DNA of 64,000 bases from a virus (Duplodnaviria; Heunggongvirae; Uroviricota; Caudoviricetes): positions 1 through 64,000 of IMG/VR virus record IMGVR_UViG_3300036770_007945, one strand, 5' to 3'. The first letter of the stretch is position 1. Each line of letters begins with the position of its first letter. The notes under the pieces are model-generated. The model did not search any database. It saw nothing but the letters and a program-made list of their open reading frames with translations, and was not told where the DNA came from. Position numbers and translations under genes: made by a program. Shown in pieces: positions 27,575 through 36,781 of this stretch.

Positions 27575-28756
27575 ATGAAAAAAGCAGAAATAAAAAAAAG
27601 AGTGTTAAAAAACGGCAAACCTCTTAATTTAAATGACTTCGAGTGGGATGAAGAGACTAAAACATTCTCAACAAGTGAGATCGGATTGGTTTTAGATTTT
27701 ACACTGATTAGTGGCTGCAGTTTTAAAACTGGCGATTACTGCACTTTTAAGACTGGGGATAACTGCAGTTTTAAAACTGGGGATAGCTGCATTTTTAAGA
27801 CTGGGAGTGCTTGTGTTTTTAAAACAGGGAATACCTGCACTTTTGACGCAGGCTACGACTGCACTTTTACCACAAGCGATCACTGCACTTTTAACACAAG
27901 CTACGACTGCACTTTTAACACAGGTTGGCACTGCACTTTTAACACAGGCGGTGACTGCACTTTTAACACAGGCTATAGCTGCAATTTTATCACAAACAAT
28001 AGGTGTATTTTTAACACAAGCTATAACTGCACTTTTAAGACAGAGTCTGACTGCACTTTTAACACAGGCGACTACTGCACTTTTAAGACAGAGTCTAACT
28101 GCACTTTTAACACAGGCGACTACTGCACTTTTAACACAGAGTCTAACTGCACTTTTAACACAGGCGACTACTGCACTTTTAACACAAGCTACGACTGCAC
28201 TTTTAAAACTGGTCTTGAATGTGTAATTGTCAATCGCAATGTTTTTGAAGTAATCCAGCCAAAAGAAGGTGATATAATACAAATTTGCCCTAAAAGTATA
28301 GAAGGTCATTTAGTGAATGGTATCCATAGTATAACTGGTAAAAAATCAATAATAGCAGATGGAATATTATCAGAGATTATATCAAAAAAAGGCAATGTCT
28401 ATAAGGTTATCAATCACGGCGAAACTAAAAAATCTTTTTTAGTTGAAAAAGAAATTAACAATAAAAAATATTACTCTCACGGAGCTTCTCTAAAAGAAGC
28501 TAAAGAAAGTTTAGTATTTAAAATAAGTGATCGAGATTTATCAAAGTGGGAACATTTAAATCTTACTAGTGAGATTAGTTTTGAAGAAGCTATAATGCTA
28601 TACAGAGATATAACTGGAGCTTGTAGAGAAGGAACTAAATACTTTGTTGATAATAATGTTGATAAGAAAAAAGATAAATATTCAATTACTGAATTGTTAG
28701 AAATAACAAAAGACCGGTATGGATACTCCGAATTTAAAAACTTCTTTAATAAATAA
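27575..28756 (+). CDS. Cys-containing octapeptide-repeat protein, paralog A.
   Basis: About 20 tandem 8-aa units (C[T/S/V]F[K/N/T]TG..), encoded by a 24-bp DNA repeat. They are flanked by a ~45-aa N-terminal domain and a ~180-aa C-terminal domain shared with paralog B. Confidence 0.7.
   Translation: MKKAEIKKRVLKNGKPLNLNDFEWDEETKTFSTSEIGLVLDFTLISGCSFKTGDYCTFKTGDNCSFKTGDSCIFKTGSACVFKTGNTCTFDAGYDCTFTTSDHCTFNTSYDCTFNTGWHCTFNTGGDCTFNTGYSCNFITNNRCIFNTSYNCTFKTESDCTFNTGDYCTFKTESNCTFNTGDYCTFNTESNCTFNTGDYCTFNTSYDCTFKTGLECVIVNRNVFEVIQPKEGDIIQICPKSIEGHLVNGIHSITGKKSIIADGILSEIISKKGNVYKVINHGETKKSFLVEKEINNKKYYSHGASLKEAKESLVFKISDRDLSKWEHLNLTSEISFEEAIMLYRDITGACREGTKYFVDNNVDKKKDKYSITELLEITKDRYGYSEFKNFFNK
27710..28225. 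repeat. 24-bp tandem repeat array (TGCACTTTTAACACAGGCGACTAC-like).
   Basis: It encodes the CxFxTGxx units. Both strands are ORF-open across it. Confidence 0.8.
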
Positions 28757-28770
28757 ATAAATAAAAACAT

Positions 28771-29856
28771 ATGAATAAACTACAAATACAACGAAGAGTC
28801 TTGCAGCACGGTGAGGCTCTACCTCTAACTCGTTTTGAGTGGGATGAAAAAACTAGAACATTTTCAACAGAGGAGGAGGATTTAGTTTTAGATTTCAGCG
28901 GTATAGAAGGCTACACTTTCAAAACAGGATTCCACTGTGTCTTCAAGACAGGCGGGTATTGTAATTTTATCACAGAAGGCTTCTGCGTTTTCTTTACAAG
29001 TGAAGGCTGTAATTTCACTACAGGTCATAGTTGCACTTTCACTACAGGTCATAGTTGCACTTTCACTACAGATAATGGTTGCACTTTTACTACAGGTCAT
29101 AGTTGCACTTTTAGAACAGAAGGTTGTTGTAATTTCGTTACTGGTAGTAATTGTCATTTTGCTGCTACAGAAAGGTATTGCACTTTTAAGACTGGTGGTA
29201 GTTGCACTTTCATTACAGGAGATGACTGCACTTTCGATACTGGTAGTGACTGCACTTTCGATACAGGAGATGACTGCATTTTTTCTTCTACACACTGCTC
29301 CTTGTTTCATGTAGGCGAGAGAAGTGTGATTATAAGAAAAAGGCCTTTTTTTGAAATCATAAAGCCGAAAGAAAAAGAAGTTATTCAGTTATGTCCTGAA
29401 AACTTGGGGGGCTACTTATCTAACGGTCTATATAAAGGGAAACCTCATATCGTAGCAGATGGAATATTATCAGAAATTGTATCAAAAAAAAGCAATGTCT
29501 ATAAAGTTATTAATCGTGGTGAAACTAAAAAATCTTTTTTAGTTGAAAAAGAAATTAATAATAAAAAATACTATTCTCATGGAGCTACGCTAAAAGAAGC
29601 TAAAGAAAGTTTAGTATTTAAAATAAGCGATCGAGATTTATCAAAGTGGGAACATTTAACTCTTCAAAGTGAAATTAGTTTTGAAGATGCTGTAATGCTC
29701 TATAGAGACATAACAGGAGCTTGTAGCGAAGGAACTAGATATTTTGTTGATAATAATATTGATAAGAAAAAAGATAAATATTCAATTGCTGAATTATTAA
29801 AAATAACAAAAAATCAGTATGGATACTCCGAATTTAAAAACTTCTTTAATAAATAA
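28771..29856 (+). CDS. Cys-containing octapeptide-repeat protein, paralog B.
   Basis: Same architecture with ~16 repeats. The C-terminal ~130 aa are ~90% identical to paralog A. Confidence 0.7.
   Translation: MNKLQIQRRVLQHGEALPLTRFEWDEKTRTFSTEEEDLVLDFSGIEGYTFKTGFHCVFKTGGYCNFITEGFCVFFTSEGCNFTTGHSCTFTTGHSCTFTTDNGCTFTTGHSCTFRTEGCCNFVTGSNCHFAATERYCTFKTGGSCTFITGDDCTFDTGSDCTFDTGDDCIFSSTHCSLFHVGERSVIIRKRPFFEIIKPKEKEVIQLCPENLGGYLSNGLYKGKPHIVADGILSEIVSKKSNVYKVINRGETKKSFLVEKEINNKKYYSHGATLKEAKESLVFKISDRDLSKWEHLTLQSEISFEDAVMLYRDITGACSEGTRYFVDNNIDKKKDKYSIAELLKITKNQYGYSEFKNFFNK
28905..29300. repeat. 24-bp tandem repeat array, second copy.
   Basis: Related units: TGCACTTTCACTACAGGTCATAGT. Confidence 0.75.
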
Positions 29857-29874
29857 ATAAATAAATAAAAACGT

Positions 29875-30585
29875 ATGAAAATGTCAAAAAGTGTATTTAA
29901 TAATCTAAAAATAGAAGCTCTTTATATGAAAATGCCTGGAAGAGTTTTTAATAATCTAGAAATTGAAGCAATAATTGCTGGAAACAAAACTCAATTTAGA
30001 GAAGTAACAAAAATACAACCTACTAACCCTTCACAAGTCCCTTTAGTAGTCACTGAGGGAAGTCTTATAACAGAAGGCCTTGTGACGTTCGCAGAGTTTA
30101 GTAATTCTTATGAAATCTTATCAGAGACACGAGCATTTTTTTGTCCTTATTATGAAGGCCAGAGAATTTTTGTGAAAGAGCACCCGCAAACCACAAGAAG
30201 AGAATCAAATTTAATACTCGATATTAAAAAGGTAAGGCTTGAAAGACTAGAAGAAATAACCGAAGAAGATTGTATAAAGGAAGGTGTTACCTTATTACCA
30301 GGCATCAACTACGAGGCTGGAGATTCGGAGGATCCTAAATTTTATTACGGCGATTTAATAGAGGCTGCTTGTAAGAGCTGTGCTTCAGGAAATACTTCAG
30401 TAAGTGGAATACCAGGTGTTTGCGGTGCCTGTATACACAATCCAAATCCCTACACTAACCTTTTTGATAATCCTCTTGATGCTTTTATAACGCACTGGGA
30501 TTCAACCCATAAAAATCCTAAGCATAAGTTCGATACCAACCCTTATGTTTGTGTAGTTGATTTCATTGTAGAGCTAGATAAATAG
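29875..30585 (+). CDS. Hypothetical protein.
   Basis: A 236-aa ORF preceded by the same AATAAATAAATAAAAAC[A/G]TATG junction as the two repeat genes. It has an internal N-terminal duplication (VFNNLKIEA twice). Confidence 0.45.
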   Translation: MKMSKSVFNNLKIEALYMKMPGRVFNNLEIEAIIAGNKTQFREVTKIQPTNPSQVPLVVTEGSLITEGLVTFAEFSNSYEILSETRAFFCPYYEGQRIFVKEHPQTTRRESNLILDIKKVRLERLEEITEEDCIKEGVTLLPGINYEAGDSEDPKFYYGDLIEAACKSCASGNTSVSGIPGVCGACIHNPNPYTNLFDNPLDAFITHWDSTHKNPKHKFDTNPYVCVVDFIVELDK

Positions 30586-30607
30586 CTTAACCTTAACTTA
30601 AAAATAT

Positions 30608-31153
30608 ATGAAAATAGAAGATCGTTTTCTTAGTTCTAAAATAACTCACAATGCAGGTGATTTTAGAGGGATACTTTGGGAAAATTGGGAAGTTGTAATA
30701 AATTTTTTAGAGGGAGAAACTCCCAAACTGGTTGCTAAAACTTTTAAAAGAGAGTGCGCAACAGAGAAAGAAGCAAAAAAGTTAGAAGCAAAAGCGCTGT
30801 CAATCATAAAACTAGCAGTAAAGGATCCTAAGAACAAATTTTTTAAAAATGGAGAAGAAGTAAGAATTACTATACCTACTTTAGAAGAAGTAGAAACAAT
30901 AGAATCTACGGAAAATACTAAAACTAAAGATCTTTATAGAATTTTAGGCAAAACTCTTACTCTGAGCAGAATTTTAACATCCTTAGAGCCTTACCCTAAC
31001 AACTACGGACTTATCGCAGGCAATATCTCTAAAATCAATAGAAAAGAGGGTAGTTACAAGTTTCTTTGTAAGTGGGACTTAGAGAAAGAAACCCTCGAGG
31101 AGCAAAGTGAAGAGACTCAAAAAACAATTTATGAGCTACTAACTATGGAGTAA
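30608..31153 (+). CDS. Hypothetical protein, paralogous to the 35848..36300 product.
   Basis: Shared C-terminal block ...GK.LTL.RIL...ETLEEQSEETQ... Confidence 0.45.
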   Translation: MKIEDRFLSSKITHNAGDFRGILWENWEVVINFLEGETPKLVAKTFKRECATEKEAKKLEAKALSIIKLAVKDPKNKFFKNGEEVRITIPTLEEVETIESTENTKTKDLYRILGKTLTLSRILTSLEPYPNNYGLIAGNISKINRKEGSYKFLCKWDLEKETLEEQSEETQKTIYELLTME

Positions 31154-31154
31154 A

Positions 31155-31358
31155 ATGACAAATTCAAAATTTATAATACATAACAAAAGTAGTTTAAGTG
31201 ATTTGCAAGCTTTCGAGCTTATAAATAATGTCATTAAGCTTAGCAAAATGCTGGGTAATGCAGATTGCTATTGTCCTACTACACACTTCAATAAAGCTAC
31301 TGTATGTGTTAAGAAACTAAAATCCGAAACTTTTATTTTTACAGTAACTGACGAATAA
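31155..31358 (+). CDS. Hypothetical small protein.
   Basis: A 67-aa ORF. Confidence 0.3.
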   Translation: MTNSKFIIHNKSSLSDLQAFELINNVIKLSKMLGNADCYCPTTHFNKATVCVKKLKSETFIFTVTDE

Positions 31359-31429
31359 CTAAAAATATATGAGAGAATTTAAATTTAGAGCTTACGACAA
31401 AGAACGAAAAAAAAATTAAGTTTTTTGAC

Positions 31430-31720
31430 TTGAAGGAAATATATGCTGACTGTTATCACAATGTCAGGTTTTTAAAAAATGCACCTCATGAACACGAAAA
31501 TGACGGTTGGGAGCAATTTGAACTAATGCAATTTACAGGCTTAAAAGACAGAAATGGGAAGGAGATTTATGAAGGTGATATACTTTCTCACAGATATTAT
31601 TCTATGCTTGTTATATGTGAATTTGTGGATGGATCTTTCATATTTGATGATGTTTCAAAATATGATAAATCATTAGAAGTTATTGGCAACATTTACGAAA
31701 ATCCTGAACTATTAACTTAA
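31430..31720 (+). CDS. YopX-family protein.
   Basis: GLKDRNGKEIYEGDIL plus the C-terminal IGNIYENPELL signature. Confidence 0.6.
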   Translation: MKEIYADCYHNVRFLKNAPHEHENDGWEQFELMQFTGLKDRNGKEIYEGDILSHRYYSMLVICEFVDGSFIFDDVSKYDKSLEVIGNIYENPELLT

Positions 31721-31731
31721 AACAATAAAAT

Positions 31732-31866
31732 ATGACTAAACAAGAAATAATTGAAATCTTAGATCAAATAATAAAAAATTATTATAACTACGAAAAAACT
31801 TTATACTCTCCTCTTCAATTAAAGGAATTAGCTGAAGCCTGCAAAAAGTTAATTGAGAAAGCTTGA
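31732..31866 (+). CDS. Hypothetical small protein (44 aa, below the ORF-track threshold).
   Basis: An ATG-initiated ORF, MTKQEIIEILDQIIKNYYNYEKTLYSPLQLKELAEACKKLIEKA, in an otherwise empty gap. Confidence 0.25.
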   Translation: MTKQEIIEILDQIIKNYYNYEKTLYSPLQLKELAEACKKLIEKA

Positions 31867-32021
31867 AATTTTTATACACCTTTGTATTTAAAGACTCTAT
31901 TTATAAAAATATAGATCCAATAAATAGGAAATAAAAAAATATTTTTATTTTGTTGCCTTATAAAATTTTTGATTTAAAATAGGAGTTGTAAATATTCTAA
32001 CAACCTAAATTTAAATAAAAT

Positions 32022-32417
32022 ATGTTTAGCAAAACACAATTTCGTTTCTGGAATAAACTAAGTAAAAAGATGCAAGAGGTAACATATGTAGACTGGCAAA
32101 CAAAAGAAGTCTACATAGGAGAAGATCTTGAAGACTTAGTCGACGGAGTCTTATTAGAGTATACCGGGAAAAAAGACAAAAAAGGTAGAGAGATTTATGA
32201 AGGCGATATTCTGAAAATAAAAACAGGGGTGGATGTAATTATTGGAGATGTCTTTTATGATAGCCAGGATTACTCACGTTTTCAGGTTCGGCACCCTGAA
32301 GGCTGCCACAGCCGTTTTGGTTTAAATAGAGACACCGATGTAGTGGCTACTTGTGAGGTTTTTGAAATCATAGGTAACATTTATGAAAACCCTGACATAA
32401 TAAATAAGATACTTTAA
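32022..32417 (+). CDS. YopX-family protein, paralog of the 31430..31720 product.
   Basis: TGKKDKKGREIYEGDIL plus the C-terminal IGNIYENPDII. Confidence 0.6.
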   Translation: MFSKTQFRFWNKLSKKMQEVTYVDWQTKEVYIGEDLEDLVDGVLLEYTGKKDKKGREIYEGDILKIKTGVDVIIGDVFYDSQDYSRFQVRHPEGCHSRFGLNRDTDVVATCEVFEIIGNIYENPDIINKIL

Positions 32418-32446
32418 CTTCACTTTAACTTTAACTTAAATAGAAT

Positions 32447-32785
32447 ATGTTTATCCTAGAAAAAGAAATCCAAGAAGCAAACAAGAAAGAGATACTCTCT
32501 CTACTTGGATATGAAGGCTCTTCTAAAGAAGCTACTCGTAGAGAGCTTACTCTCGATTTAGTTCTAATTGCTCTCAAAAAGAGACAAGATAGGGGAGGGA
32601 GATGTTCCTACTTAAATCCGGAATTTATCTTCTCCGATAACCAACATTTATTGCGATTATCTTCTCTACGTGATTGGGATAATGATATATACTGGGATTT
32701 GACAAAAAGAACTCTCGAAGAGCAAGAATACCGTCTTCAAGAACAGATATATTACTACATGAAAGCTACAAAGGAACAAGAATGA
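32447..32785 (+). CDS. Hypothetical protein.
   Basis: A 112-aa ORF whose stop overlaps the next start. Confidence 0.4.
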   Translation: MFILEKEIQEANKKEILSLLGYEGSSKEATRRELTLDLVLIALKKRQDRGGRCSYLNPEFIFSDNQHLLRLSSLRDWDNDIYWDLTKRTLEEQEYRLQEQIYYYMKATKEQE

Positions 32786-33135
32786 AAAGTTTAGAACAAA
32801 GAATCTCGGATTTCTTAGTGAAAAAGCGCGAGATCCAGGAGTCAGAACGTTCCGGAGAGGATTTCGATTACTCTATACCTATGGAGATGATGGAGGAAGC
32901 GTCAGAGATCTTTGAAGACTTAAAGAGAGACCTCTGGCAACCAATTGAGACGGCTCCTAAAGATGGCTCCTTGATTATAGTAACGCGTAAGTGGGCAGGA
33001 TATCATCCTCCTACACCCCACTTTGCGCTATATCATAGAACCGCTGAAGGAAAAGAGTATTTTCGAAGTTTAACCGGATTAAAGATCGACGGTATAGACT
33101 ACTGGATGCCTCTACCGGAACCCCCTAAAAAATAA
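32782..33135 (+). CDS. DUF551-like phage protein.
   Basis: WQPIETAPKDGS...IIV...DYWMPLPEPP matches the characteristic DUF551 pattern. Confidence 0.5.
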   Translation: MKSLEQRISDFLVKKREIQESERSGEDFDYSIPMEMMEEASEIFEDLKRDLWQPIETAPKDGSLIIVTRKWAGYHPPTPHFALYHRTAEGKEYFRSLTGLKIDGIDYWMPLPEPPKK

Positions 33136-33186
33136 CAGTTACTTATTTTATTTTATACAAAAACACAGATTCTAAACTTAAACTAA

Positions 33187-33579
33187 ATGAATATGATTAA
33201 TATTACCTCAGAAAATATAAAGACAGAAGTCCTAGAAACTTCACACTCCTTACCAGTCTTAGTTGATTTTTGGGCTTCTTGGTGTGGTCCTTGTAGACAA
33301 TTATTGCCAACCTTAGAGAGATTAGAAAAAAGCTATGAAGGTTTATTAAAAACTGTAAAGTGTGATGTCGAAGAGGCTCCTGATTTAGTAGAATCTTACA
33401 AGATCATAAGTGTGCCTACGCTTATTGTGTTCTACAAAGGAGAGATAGTTACCAAAAAAACCAGTAGTAAACCTAGTGAAGTAGAGACTTGGGTTAAATC
33501 TTTTTTTGATGACTCTTGGGTTAAATCTTTTCTTGATGACCCAAAAGTTTATCTACAGTTGCTCAAAATAAATAAGTAA
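33187..33579 (+). CDS. Thioredoxin.
   Basis: WCGPC active site in DFWASWCGPCRQL. Confidence 0.8.
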   Translation: MNMINITSENIKTEVLETSHSLPVLVDFWASWCGPCRQLLPTLERLEKSYEGLLKTVKCDVEEAPDLVESYKIISVPTLIVFYKGEIVTKKTSSKPSEVETWVKSFFDDSWVKSFLDDPKVYLQLLKINK

Positions 33580-33635
33580 GCCGCTATTCTTAGTAGCGTT
33601 TTAAACAGTTTTTTCAAGAAGAGGTCTAGCAGAAA

Positions 33636-33662
33636 GAAACTGATTACAAATACTGATCAGTT
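33636..33662. terminator. Candidate bidirectional terminator between convergent genes.
   Basis: AACTGAT-(11-nt loop)-ATCAGTT forms a 7-bp stem followed by TTCTTTT. Confidence 0.4.
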
Positions 33663-33667
33663 TTCTT

Positions 33668-34075
33668 TTAATTAGGTTTTTTCTTCATAAGTTGATTTCT
33701 ACGAACTCTTGCCCAAGATTGCCCAGCATCACCGCCCCAAAGAGCCCATGCGATTCTACCTGCACTAGGGAAGCCTTCGTCACCTGGATAAAAGCCTTTG
33801 CCTTTCTTATCTACCTCATGGCGACTAAAATAAGAATGCATACGTTTTACCGTTTCAGGGCTAAGCTTTTGTTTACGTTTTAACTGATTTGCTCTCGCGA
33901 CTCCTACAGCTGTTCCTCCGCGATTAAACTCTTTTCTCCACTTCAAACCCTTTACAGCTTCTGCGGCCATCGCATCTGTAGGTTTAAGATCTATATCATT
34001 TTTAGCTAACGTTTTTAATTCCTGTTTTATTCTTTGCTGAGTTGGTATTGAAAAACGAGAAATAGAAATAAGCAT
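33668..34075 (-). CDS. Hypothetical protein.
   Basis: A 135-aa ORF with a Gly/Trp-rich C-terminal segment (SAGRIAWALWGGDAGQSWA). Confidence 0.45.
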   Translation of the reverse strand: MLISISRFSIPTQQRIKQELKTLAKNDIDLKPTDAMAAEAVKGLKWRKEFNRGGTAVGVARANQLKRKQKLSPETVKRMHSYFSRHEVDKKGKGFYPGDEGFPSAGRIAWALWGGDAGQSWARVRRNQLMKKKPN

Positions 34076-34210
34076 AGAGAGTAAAATTAATAATGTGGTA
34101 GTTTTTAAATCCTAAATGTTGTTGCTTTAATAATTAGATTAATTTACATTAAAGGCATAAAGATAATTTTCTTAATAAAATTAAGGATACCCTTAAAGAC
34201 TAATAATACT

Positions 34211-34807
34211 ATGTATTCTAGAAAAAATCATATTTACCTTAATAGTGGTCCTCCAATTAAAAATGAGAAGGCTCTGCGCTTCACCGCAGTAGTCGGCTCG
34301 ATTATACTGACCCTTTTATGTTTATCAAGTAGAGACGTTAAAGCCTCAGAGATATGTTATGTTAAGTGGTTAGGAATAGATAAGATATACTCACGAAAGG
34401 TCGCGTGTCTTGTTCCTCCGGCATTAGCAAAAGCTGTAGTGATTAAAGAGAGGTTAATAATCCTCTTTCCAATAATTAACAAGCAGACTACAAGAGGTCT
34501 TGATCTAGAAGTCTTAGTTGAAGTAACCATCAAACAAAAAATTTCTTTAGAAACCTTTAGAAGACTCGAAGAAAATCCTATGTTATTTTTAAGGAAAACT
34601 TTAGAGAAACAGTTAGGGACTCTTATAGAGAGCTTTTATTCTAGAGAGCCTGAAGAAGCAGCTTTTAAAAAGTTAGACGTATTAATAGAGAGCCTCTTAA
34701 TGAGTATTCAACAGGAAAACCAAGTTTTTAAAGATGTCATCGTAAGAAATATTCAAATCAAACGAAAAGTTTTCAAACAACCTCTTAAAAACAGAAACAT
34801 TTTTTAA
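34211..34807 (+). CDS. Hypothetical protein.
   Basis: A 198-aa ORF with an N-terminal hydrophobic segment. Confidence 0.4.
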   Translation: MYSRKNHIYLNSGPPIKNEKALRFTAVVGSIILTLLCLSSRDVKASEICYVKWLGIDKIYSRKVACLVPPALAKAVVIKERLIILFPIINKQTTRGLDLEVLVEVTIKQKISLETFRRLEENPMLFLRKTLEKQLGTLIESFYSREPEEAAFKKLDVLIESLLMSIQQENQVFKDVIVRNIQIKRKVFKQPLKNRNIF

Positions 34808-34890
34808 ATACTAGTTGCCTTATAAAAATTTTAAGTTAATATAGGAGTTGAATCATTTTAATAACTAATAACAACAATTTTAAATTTTAT

Positions 34891-35265
34891 ATGACAAAAC
34901 AAAACGAAAACAAAGTAAATTTAGGGAACTCTGGGGAACAACCGTCTTTTTATTATCAATTAGATTTAATCTCTAACTCAGGAGAGCTCGGGAAAGAGGT
35001 AGCTTCTCATGTGGAAAAAGCTATCTTCAGCGATAGTGATCTCATCATTGAGGAAGCGACAACCATTTTAGAAATTTTAAGTAATCGAGGTGTCCACCTA
35101 CTTAGTAGCGAATCTATATCAAAATACTTGCAGTTTTATGCGTCTTGCCTACAAGACGGTATTAAACTTAGTCTAGGAAGTTCAATCTGCATCATTAGCG
35201 ATTTAATAAAGCATGCAGCACGTAACGGAGATGAATCTACAATATCTGAGCAACCCCGTAATTAA
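34891..35265 (+). CDS. Hypothetical protein.
   Basis: A 124-aa ORF. Confidence 0.4.
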   Translation: MTKQNENKVNLGNSGEQPSFYYQLDLISNSGELGKEVASHVEKAIFSDSDLIIEEATTILEILSNRGVHLLSSESISKYLQFYASCLQDGIKLSLGSSICIISDLIKHAARNGDESTISEQPRN

Positions 35266-35273
35266 ACTATCGT

Positions 35274-35516
35274 ATGAATAATAATAACGATTTAATCTTC
35301 TATATACCTACAGTAATAACTATCGCGATAAACATCGTGTTTCTCGTATATTTGTTTGTAAAGGCGAAAGGAGATTTATGGAAGTATACGTTAGTCTTAA
35401 TCTTGTTATCTCTAATGTGCATTAGATTAGAAATCCGCAGATTAAAGGAGGAAATAGCTAAAGTAGAAGAAGTAAAGATTTACTGCAAAACCTTAATAGA
35501 ACAACGGCTTTTTTAA
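35274..35516 (+). CDS. Small membrane protein.
   Basis: An 80-aa ORF with two hydrophobic helices. Confidence 0.35.
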   Translation: MNNNNDLIFYIPTVITIAINIVFLVYLFVKAKGDLWKYTLVLILLSLMCIRLEIRRLKEEIAKVEEVKIYCKTLIEQRLF

Positions 35517-35540
35517 TTTAAACAACTAATTATTATCTAT

Positions 35541-35774
35541 ATGTTATCTATTTTTTCTCGAAAGTTTAATATAAATGAGAATGAAAATTCTTACAATATC
35601 ATTAAAACCTCAACATTTTCAAAAAATAGTGAGGCTAAGTCTGCAAAGTATTATTATGAAGGTGGAAAAATTAATCATGAAAAGACGGATTTAATTTTAC
35701 ACGGCAAAACCGACGGAAGCCTAACAGAATTGAAAAAACTTCACAAAAGAGCAAGAGATCTTTTATACTCTTAA
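35541..35774 (+). CDS. Hypothetical small protein.
   Basis: A 77-aa ORF. Confidence 0.3.
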   Translation: MLSIFSRKFNINENENSYNIIKTSTFSKNSEAKSAKYYYEGGKINHEKTDLILHGKTDGSLTELKKLHKRARDLLYS

Positions 35775-35847
35775 TTCTAAACTCTTCGGTATTTTATTTA
35801 ATTGTTTTAATTAAATAAAATACCGTGAGAACAATAAATAAAAATAT

Positions 35848-36300
35848 ATGTCAAAAACTTTGGAACAAATACAGCAGGAAAATCGAGAATTTATATTAGA
35901 AGCAATTCACTGTTGCGATTATAGGGAAGCTTTAATGAAAGAGTTAGGAGTTGGCTGTAAAGTTAAGGTTAAAAAATTTTTTTCTAACTCTGACTCTGAC
36001 TTTTGCGAAGAAATACTAATCGTTGATAAGTATTGTGTTTTGTTTCTCAATTATATACAAACATTAGATTCTGCGCAAAATCATGAAATAACTGAAATTA
36101 TAGGTAAGCCGCTCACTCTTACACGAATACTTTCTGCTATCAATGCTAAAGGAGGTTTTTACGATCCTATCAGGCTAGATGATGAATCTAATACTCTTAA
36201 CTTTGACTATCAAGATTTATCATTTAATCTAAACGTTGAAACACTCGAAGAGCAAAGCGAGGAAACCCAAAGATTTCTAAACAAATTTTTTAATAACTAA
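35848..36300 (+). CDS. Hypothetical protein, paralog of the 30608..31153 product.
   Basis: Shared C-terminal block (IIGKPLTLTRIL...ETLEEQSEETQ). Confidence 0.45.
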   Translation: MSKTLEQIQQENREFILEAIHCCDYREALMKELGVGCKVKVKKFFSNSDSDFCEEILIVDKYCVLFLNYIQTLDSAQNHEITEIIGKPLTLTRILSAINAKGGFYDPIRLDDESNTLNFDYQDLSFNLNVETLEEQSEETQRFLNKFFNN

Positions 36301-36312
36301 AATAAAAATAAT

Positions 36313-36549
36313 ATGAAAAATCAAAAAGATATTCCTGATATAATAAACTCGCAACTTCTAGGAAAAATTGCTCAACATTTAAGATGTAGTAGTAAACTTG
36401 CTAAGTCTATAAAAGCGGATCTAGAAAAATTGAAACACCTTAACGAAGAAGACAAGAGACGAGATAAGATACTAAAAGAATCTTTTGATGTTTGTGAAAA
36501 ACAATTACACACTATTAAAAAAAGGAACAAAATAATTTTATGCAGGTAA
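36313..36549 (+). CDS. Hypothetical small protein.
   Basis: A 78-aa ORF. Confidence 0.3.
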   Translation: MKNQKDIPDIINSQLLGKIAQHLRCSSKLAKSIKADLEKLKHLNEEDKRRDKILKESFDVCEKQLHTIKKRNKIILCR

Positions 36550-36770
36550 AATTTATAAAAAACTTCAAGCTCTTTTTAGAGAAGCTACTAATCCTGTTTT
36601 TGATAATCCTCTTACTAAATTCCTGCAAAGAACTTAAGGAACCTGTTAAGAATACTGATAGCGAGCAGGCAGGGCTTTATAACCACTGTTTCTCTATAAT
36701 TCATAACATTAAAGTCTGTGAACAAATAACAAATTTTATTTTGTTTTTGCAAGAGGCTAAAGACTTATAA
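36540..36770 (+). CDS. Hypothetical small membrane protein.
   Basis: A 76-aa ORF with an N-terminal hydrophobic helix. Confidence 0.3.
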   Translation: MQVKFIKNFKLFLEKLLILFLIILLLNSCKELKEPVKNTDSEQAGLYNHCFSIIHNIKVCEQITNFILFLQEAKDL

Positions 36771-36781
36771 ATACAGAATAA

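Noticed and set aside
27692-28309. Long ORFs on both strands (27692..28309 minus and 27711..28226 plus) inside the first Cys-repeat gene.
   Set aside because: They are repeat-driven open frames with monotonous translations (SAVVACVK… and TALLTQA…). The frame with conserved N- and C-terminal domains is the real gene.
28888-29314. ORFs 28888..29310 (minus) and 28937..29314 (plus) inside the second repeat gene.
   Set aside because: Same reason: artefacts of the 24-bp tandem repeat.
33668-34075. An endolysin or transglycosylase call for the 135-aa protein.
   Set aside because: I could not tie the Gly/Trp-rich C-terminal segment to a specific catalytic family from sequence alone, so it is left as hypothetical.
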